Of a DNA stretch of 64,000 nucleotides, positions 56,623 to 64,000 are shown in pieces; the first letter of the stretch is position 1, and each line of letters begins with the position of its first letter. Source of the DNA: Octopus vulgaris. Taxonomy: Eukaryota. The stretch covers positions 76,756,001-76,820,000 of the forward strand of contig OX597817.1 of NCBI GenBank assembly GCA_951406725.2, read 5' to 3'. The translations under genes and the position numbers were made by a program. The notes under the pieces were generated by a model that was not told where the DNA came from, made no database searches, and worked only from the letters and a program-made list of their open reading frames with translations.

Positions 56623-56799
56623 CATATACATATATACGACGGGCTTCTTTCAGTTTCCGTCTACCAAATCCACTCACAAGGCTCTGGTCGGTCCGAGGCT
56701 ATAGTAGAAGACACCTGCACAAGGTGCCACGCAGTGGGACTGAACCCGGACACATGTGGTTGGTAACCAAGCTACTTACCACAGAGCCACTCCTCTGCC
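56185..56799 (-). mobile_element. Full-length family B SINE with nested insertion
   Basis: Matches 14433-14870; the internal (TA)n is interrupted at 56469-56588. Confidence 0.9.
56469..56588 (+). mobile_element. 5'-truncated family D SINE tail
   Basis: ttggcctgctcgcttagccagcggggtggc...ctggtcggtcacg matches 63332-63445. Confidence 0.85.
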
Positions 56800-56809
56800 T
56801 TATGGATTA

Positions 56810-57598
56810 ACTTGTATGAGCCGAACATCTGTTTTTCGCAGACACAAGAGGCCAGTCAAAACAAGTCCACTGAAAAGCACATGATGGTTCCTTTTATCCA
56901 CGGCAAGGACATCATTTACAAACACTGGGTTCCTTCTGGTCAGACTGTTAACAAAGAGTACTTTGACGAAGTTTTTAGGGAGCTCGGGATGGAATTTCGT
57001 CGCAAAAAGACACAGCACCTGCGCCAGGACAATGCATCAGTCCACAGTTCTATCTTGATAACCAACTACCTGACAGCTATGGGCAACAAAACTGTCTACC
57101 ACTCCAACACCGTCCAGACTTTTCTCCCTCTGACCTCTGGTTGTTCATCAAGCTGGCGGAGTAGATGAAAGGGGCTGTGACAAGGGTCCAGTACTTTGGA
57201 AGACTTCCAAAAGGGTCTTCACGAAGTAGCTGGAGCGCTACAACAAGTGCAGTGAATTTAAGGTGGTGAGTTGGCAGAATCGTTAGCACGCCGGGCGAAA
57301 TGCTTAGCGGTATTTCGTCTGCCGTTACGTTCTGAGTTCAAATTCTGCCGAGGTCGATATTGCCTTTCATCCTTTCGGGGTCGATTAAATAAGTACCAGT
57401 TACACACTGGGGTCGATATAATCGACTTAATCCGTCTTTCTGTCCTTGTTTGTTCCCTCTATTTTTAGATCCTTGTGGGCAATAAAGAAATAAATGCAGT
57501 GAATTCAGAGGATGCTACTTCGAAGGAGAATAGAGTTTTGTACTTTTTTGAAATGAATGTCTCTCCTGAAAAAATTTGAAAACTTCTGGAATGCATCT

Positions 57599-57602
<4 letters not shown>
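56810..57602 (+). mobile_element. Mariner transposase remnant interrupted by a SINE
   Basis: KHMMVPF..KDIIYKHWVPSGQTVNKEYFDEV..QDNASVH. Removing the SINE restores LERYNKCSEFRGCYFEGE*. TIR-like end before (TA)n. Confidence 0.85.
57260..57494 (+). mobile_element. Full-length family A SINE with 11-bp TSD
   Basis: tgcagtgaatt at 57248-57258 and 57495-57505; A and B boxes intact. Confidence 0.9.
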
Positions 57603-57650
<48 letters not shown>

Positions 57651-58431
57651 AAAGGTTGCTAAAGATGAGAGAAAGAGAAAGAGAGAGCGAGAGAGAAAGA
57701 GAGAGAAGAGAGAGAGAAAGGGAGAGAAAGAAAGAGAGAGAGAGAGAGGGAGAGAGAGAGAGGGAGAGAGAGAGAGAGAGAGAGAGAGAAAAGAAAGAAA
57801 GAAAAATGACAGATTGTAAGAGGATAGAAAAGACAAAAAAAAATTAGAGACCAAAAACGATTTTGCAATAATTTTCGAGGAAGAAGAAGAAAAAAAAATC
57901 TGCAAAATTCCATTGTTTAAATACTGTTATTATTTTATTATATTCTACTTCATTTATTTTTGTTGGTATTGTAATCTATTTCAACTTTTTCCTATAGCTT
58001 GTCTTTGAGTAATTAGTAGCACTTATCAATGAGTAATTACTGCTAATTACTTAGCACCATATTTGTTATGGAAGATTCGTTATCAGAACTATTCTGCAGA
58101 GAAAGAAACACATGCTGTTGAAACTGGTCCACATACTAATTGCAAATCGTTTGCCAATTGACTCTGATGCAGTCACCGACTGAGAATTACAATTCTTTTA
58201 GCTAGGAACAATTATATGCATGTGAAAGAACACACACATCATATACATATTTACATGTTATATGTGTGTGTGAGTGGGGCATGTACGCGTGTGATGAGTG
58301 CATGTGCGCCTGTGAGTAGTATCTATCTATCTATCTGTATGTCTGTCTGTCTATCGGTGTATCTGTCTGTATATGTGTGTGTGTATACCTGTATGTATAT
58401 GTATATATATATGTAAATATATATGTATGTA

Positions 58432-58529
<98 letters not shown>

Positions 58530-58530
<1 letters not shown>

Positions 58531-58978
58531 TCTTTTATTATTTTACTTGTTTCATCATTTTGACTGTGGCTATGCTGGAGCACCGCCTTTTTTATTTGAA
58601 CAAATCAATCCCTCAATTTATAAGCCTGTTACTTATTCTATCGGTCTGTTTTGCCGAACCGCTAAGTTACGAGTACGTAAACATACCAACATCGAATGTC
58701 ATGCAATGGTGGTTGGGGACAACCAAACACAAACACACAAATATCTACATATAAAAGCTGGTGCTCCAGCATGGCCGCAGTCAACTAACTGAAACAAGAA
58801 AAAGAATAAAAGAATATATATATATATACGACAGGCTTCTTTTAGTTTCCATTTATCAAATTCTCTCACAAGGCTTTGGTCGGTCTGAGGCTATAGTAGA
58901 TGACACTTGCCCAAGGTGCCACGAAGTGGGACTGAACCCGGAACCACGTGGTTAGGAAGCACGCTTCTTACCACACAC
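58530..58978 (-). mobile_element. Family B SINE with an oppositely oriented tail fragment inside
   Basis: Both halves match family B; plus-strand tail at 58760-58813. Confidence 0.85.
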
Positions 58979-59178
58979 ACTGCGCGCGCACACACACGCA
59001 CACACATTTGGTATGTAGTTTGTAACATTTGTCAGACAATATAGTGATTAATGGAGAGATTAGCTTATAGTTGGAAAGTAGTAATTGTTAGGTCATTTCG
59101 CATTGGTGAAAACTTATCACGTAAGCAGATTTGTTGCAGATTTACAGATGATAGAGAACCAAAGAAACTATTTCACGA

Positions 59179-59286
59179 AAAAGGTAAGGCGGTAAAAAGG
59201 GTCATAGTATTCGCGTAAGCGCGCATGTCCATACCTACACATGTGCGCTTACGCGAATACTATGAACTTTTTACCACCTTACTTTT
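59179..59286. repeat. ~50-bp-arm hairpin
   Basis: Arms 59179-59228 and 59239-59286, with a 10-nt loop. Confidence 0.9.
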
Positions 59287-59403
59287 ACTCGCTCCCCTCA
59301 CTTAGCGGTCATTCAAATAGCTCTTTTGTCTTAATAACGGTCAATCACACAGTAATTTCCCTTTGTTTAACGGTTATTTTCATAGCATTTTTTCCGATGA
59401 CCG

Positions 59404-59464
59404 GATAACTGAAGAGATGGCGGCGTGGATTTCCGCCCCAACATCCGAAACTCGGAGTTTTATC
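59404..59464 (+). ncRNA. Type I hammerhead ribozyme motif
   Basis: gataa-CTGAAGA-gatggcggcgtggatttccgccccaacatcc-GAAA-ctcggag-TT-ttatc. Stem I is 5 bp; stem III is the near-palindrome actcggagt. Confidence 0.7.
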
Positions 59465-60295
59465 ATGGTTACTGAATAATTGTCACATATTACATTTACA
59501 CATAAATTCCTCTATTTGCATAATATCGTTTGTTATAATACCATTTCTGTCAATATATATATAGGCCTAACGGCCATTAATGTTTGTACCTTCGTCGATT
59601 GTTTACTTTTTACGTTCACTCTGTTGTTGGTTGTTCGTTCGAAGCCCTAACTCTCCACAAATTTTATATTTTTAAAAGTTCTGTATGCTGCTGTTTTATG
59701 AGGTTTTCCTACCTTGTTGCTGAAAGTACGAATAGAGAGTAGTGAAACAGTCGACAACTGACGAGCGAGTTATCTTCTTTTGGTATTTTGTCTTGTACGT
59801 ATCTTGTGTGTTTATAAACTTTTCACTCGTCAATGAAGTAACACTGGTGTTATACCCTAACAGGCAAAAATAATATATATAGCTATTTATAGTGTATACG
59901 CAATCGATCACATCTAAACTGGCCCGTTTAATTTGCATAACAGTTTTTGTGCTCAGACACTACTTAATTAATTATGTGATAATGTATTCAACAGCATTTG
60001 AGACTATTTGAAACATATTATAAACATAAATATTTTATAGTCTCTGTGAAAATAGGCTACATGGTTACACCAAAGACTTTTATTTCTCTCCCCTGTTAGA
60101 TGAAGTGGTTTCTAGAGAATATGTAGCTGGAATGTATTATTATCGAAGCAATTTCTGATACTCTTCTTCAATATTTTTGTCCTCACTTTATATGAGTGTG
60201 TGTATACATATATACATACATACACACATATACACACACACATACACACACACAACCCACACACACACACACACACATACACACACACAACCCCC

Positions 60296-60344
<49 letters not shown>

Positions 60345-60346
<2 letters not shown>

Positions 60347-60660
60347 TGGCTTAGTGGTTAGGGCATTCGGTTCATGATTGTAAGGTCGGGAGTTCAATTC
60401 CCGGCGACGCGTTGTGTCCTTGAACAAGACACTTTATTTCATGTTGCTTCAGTCCACACAGGTGGCAAAAATGAGTAGTACCAGTATTTCAAAGAGCCGG
60501 TCTTGTTACACTTTGTGTCGCGCTGAATCTCCCTGAGAACTACATTAGAGGTAAACGTGTCTGTGGATTGCTCAGTCACTTTCACGTTAATTTCACGAGC
60601 AAGCTGTTCCATTGATCGTATCAGCTGGGACCCTCGTAGTCGTAACCGACGGAGTGCTCC
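60345..60660 (+). mobile_element. Family C-type SINE with a third tail type
   Basis: catggcttagtggttag, gagttcaattccc, core gttgtgtccttgaacaagacactttatttcatgttgc; tail ...gtaaccgacggagtgc. Confidence 0.8.
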
Positions 60661-61266
60661 TTATTTGTAACGATGTCGTGTTGCTACTGTTTACATCTCT
60701 CTCAGAGATCTATTATTGCTACACATACACACACACACACACATCTCTGAGCGAGAAGTAAACAGTCGCAGCACGGAATCGTGAAGTATATTTGCCACCT
60801 AAATGTGGCGAACCCATAGGGGACAATGCTACTATTGTTTACAGTTCCAGGAAGACATCTCCTCCAACTGGCTAACGACTCACTGTCTGCGTCTCCCTTC
60901 ACAAATACTAATCAAACACAGACTGTATGCCGTTAGCCAGCTGGAGGAGACGTCTTCCTGGTGAGATTGTTTTGTTTCTGCTGCTACACATCTTACAAAG
61001 TGGCGATTTGCTATTCTTATCTATTTGGAACTTGGTGTAATTACTCCTCATAGATTATTCCTGGGCGCTGCATATCACTGTCTCAGTGCATCCTTTCAGG
61101 TCACTTATTTTAGCCATCTCCAAGCGTTGAGGTATTTCCCCTGCAGTAGTTTCATTTTCTAGTTGTTTACTTTTTCTTACTCATCTTGTTTCTTAAATAT
61201 TTGTGGGTGCATCGCATTTTCGGCAGGTATCATATTATTATTATTATTTTCTAATTCTTCGTCTTC

Positions 61267-61384
<118 letters not shown>

Positions 61385-61407
61385 GTGTGTATGTGTGTGT
61401 GTATTTT

Positions 61408-61775
61408 GCACGCCTGGCGAATGCTCAGTGGTATTTCGTCTGTCGCTACGTTCTGAGTTCAAATTCTGCCGAGGTCGACTTTGCCTTTCATCCCTTCGGA
61501 GTCGATAAATTAAGTGCCAGTTACGCACTGGGGTCGATGTAATCGACTTAATCCGTTTGTCTGTCCTTGTTTGTCCTCTCTGAGTTTAGCCCATTGTGAG
61601 TAGTAAAGAAATAGGTATTTCGTGTCTTTACGTTGTGAGTTCAAATTCCGCCGAGGTCGAATTTGCCTTTCATCCTTTCGGGGTCGATAAATAAAGCATC
61701 AAGTACGTACTAGGGTCGATCTAATCGACTGGCCCCCTCCCACCAAAATTTCGGACCTTGTGCCTAGAGTAGAAA
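61408..61775 (+). mobile_element. Family A SINE, partial dimer
   Basis: The body ggtatttcgt..gagttcaaatt..ttcatcc..gtcgataaat occurs twice (from ~61430 and from ~61614). Confidence 0.85.
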
Positions 61776-61776
61776 A

Positions 61777-61813
<37 letters not shown>

Positions 61814-62439
61814 GAGAGAGAGAGGCAGAGAAATAGACAGACAGAGAAAGAGAAACTGAGGCAGAAAGGTACCTGGCCCAAATTTTATCTTTGAGGAGTG
61901 CAACAAGATAGCACTGAAACAAATCGTGATATGAAATTCTTCTCGATTGTAACTCAACGAGTTGACCTGTCTTCAGTGGCAAACGTAAATTTGGGTATTA
62001 TAGCCTCGCAAAGCCGGAATGCATCATCTTGCTCTAAAGCTGATACAAAACATTGAATCTTCAACAGCCTTAAAGTACTTGTTATTAAATCATTACCCGA
62101 GGATGTTGTCAAGTTATCTCAGAGATGACAAAGAGTCAGGAAGAACAGGATAAGAGAGGTGGCATATAACAACTGATAAAAACGGTTTGTAATGGCGTAT
62201 GAAACACCGTAAACTTGGACAAAGCTTTTGTTTTTATATGTATATATATACTTTTTTGACACTAAATGTAATCGAACAGATATTTTACAATCCAAGTTGA
62301 CATAAAGATTATAAAAATTACATTCAAGCTAGCCCTCAGGGAAGTAAGACTTAGCTACACACATACACGCGCCCAGACACACACGTGCGCGCACTCACAC
62401 ATGCACACACATACACATACTAAGACCTATTTTTTTTCA

Positions 62440-63066
62440 TCTTCTTTCTTTCACTGGTTTAAGTTATTAGACTACAGCCATGCTGGAGCAAATGCCTTGA
62501 GGAATTTTAGTCGAACAACTCGGCTATTTCACTTATTTTTTAATGTCTGGTACGTACGTAGTTTTTTTTCTGTCGGTTTTAACTTGCAGAACCGCCAGTT
62601 AAGCGGACATAAATATACCACCACCGGTTGTCAAGAGGTGGTGAGGGACAAACACAGAGTCAAAGAGACACACGTATACACACACACACACATACACGAT
62701 GGGCTTCTTTTAGTTTTCGTCTACCAAATCAGCTCATAGGACTTTGGTTGGTCCGAAGTTATAGCAGAAGACATTTGCCCAGAGCGTGTGTGTAGTATTC
62801 TTTAATTCTTTTATTTGTCTCAGTCATTTGACTGTGGCCATGCTGGAGCACCACCTTATTCTTTGTAAGCCTAGTACTTATTCTATCGGTTCGTTTTGGC
62901 GCTATGTTACGGGAACATAACATACCAACATCGATTGTCAAGTGATAGCAGAGGGAAGGGAGAAATATAGACACAAACACACACAATATATATATATACT
63001 CATACAGATGTATATTCAAGGCGGTGCTGAAGCTTGGTCACAGTCAATTGACTAAAACAAGGAAAA

Positions 63067-63070
<4 letters not shown>
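62440..63070 (-). mobile_element. Two family B SINE pieces plus an inverted tail fragment
   Basis: Pieces at ~62440-62785 and ~62800-62985; plus-strand tail ggcggtgctg..cagtcaattgactaaaac at 63020-63070. Confidence 0.75.
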
Positions 63071-63133
<63 letters not shown>

Positions 63134-63142
63134 CATGTGTGT

Positions 63143-63445
63143 GGAGGCGCTTTGGCGCAGTGGTTAGGGCAGCGGACTCGCGTTTGTAGGATCACGGTTT
63201 CGGTTCCCAGACCGGGCGTTGTAAGTGTTTATTGAGCGAAAACACCTAAAAGCTCCACGAGGCTCCGGCAGAGGGTGGTGGCGCTCCCAGCTGTACTCTT
63301 TCGCCACAACTTCCTCTCACTCTTTCTTCTGTTGGCCTGCTCGCTTAGCCAGCGGGGTGGCATCATTTGAAGGCTAAAGCAATGCAAAGCGCATTGTGAC
63401 CAGCGATGTGTAGCAACAGCTGATATCCTGGTCGGTCACGGTGAT
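63143..63445 (+). mobile_element. Full-length tRNA-derived SINE, family D
   Basis: tggcgcagtggttag A box, ggtttcggttccc B box-like, distinct body; ends gtgatatata. Confidence 0.85.
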
Positions 63446-63852
63446 ATATACATGTATATATATGGATATATATATATTCATATATACGTGTATGCATGTA
63501 TTTATGTATTTGTACATACAACACACACACACACATATGCACGCACACACACATACGAACTATAGAAAGCCAGGAAGTATGAGAAGTGAAATATATTTAT
63601 TTAGTCACTATGTGTCCTTACGATTACGACCGTTTCGCAGTGATCTTCATGTAGAAAATAATTATTATTACAAGAGGAATGTTGCGAAATGGCTGTAACC
63701 GTACGGATTTCAAGTGGTTAATTAACTGTATTCACATCTTATACCTCCGAGATCTTTATCGTTTATATATTCCTTTATGGTTTATATATTCCACAAATAT
63801 TCCACACACACGCGCGCGGGCGGGCTCATGCATAGATAAATAAATACACACA

Positions 63853-63908
<56 letters not shown>

Positions 63909-64000
63909 TATGTAATACAAAATGGAGCAAGAACGTAAAACATCTAGACAGTTTGGTGATAAAAAAGGGATAACAAAAAAATCCAGATAGACGATAATAA

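Overview
Eukaryotic, AT-rich, microsatellite-saturated non-coding DNA. It is most likely from an Octopus (coleoid cephalopod) genome; this is inferred from the recognisable tRNA-derived SINE families and the repeat load. No intact host gene is supportable, and nearly all track ORFs are translations of simple repeats. The window contains four tRNA-derived SINE families, a 218-bp tandem array built from one SINE, and decayed LINEs (CR1-like RT, R4/Dong fragments, L1/Tx1-like ORF1 and ORF2 pieces, probable Penelope-like RT). It also holds Tc1/mariner remnants (maT DD37D, mariner, a fold-back MITE) and a tRNA-Asp-derived pseudogene. The most striking unexplained structure is a set of about ten type I hammerhead ribozyme motifs in several unrelated short non-coding elements. 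Several of these share one architecture: a main copy plus a shorter inverted copy at its 5' junction, often in microsatellites, which is the Penelope-like (PLE) integration signature. One (49470-50043) starts with a tRNA-like Pol III head, making it a candidate hammerhead-bearing SINE mobilised by PLE machinery. All folds and alignments were done by eye.
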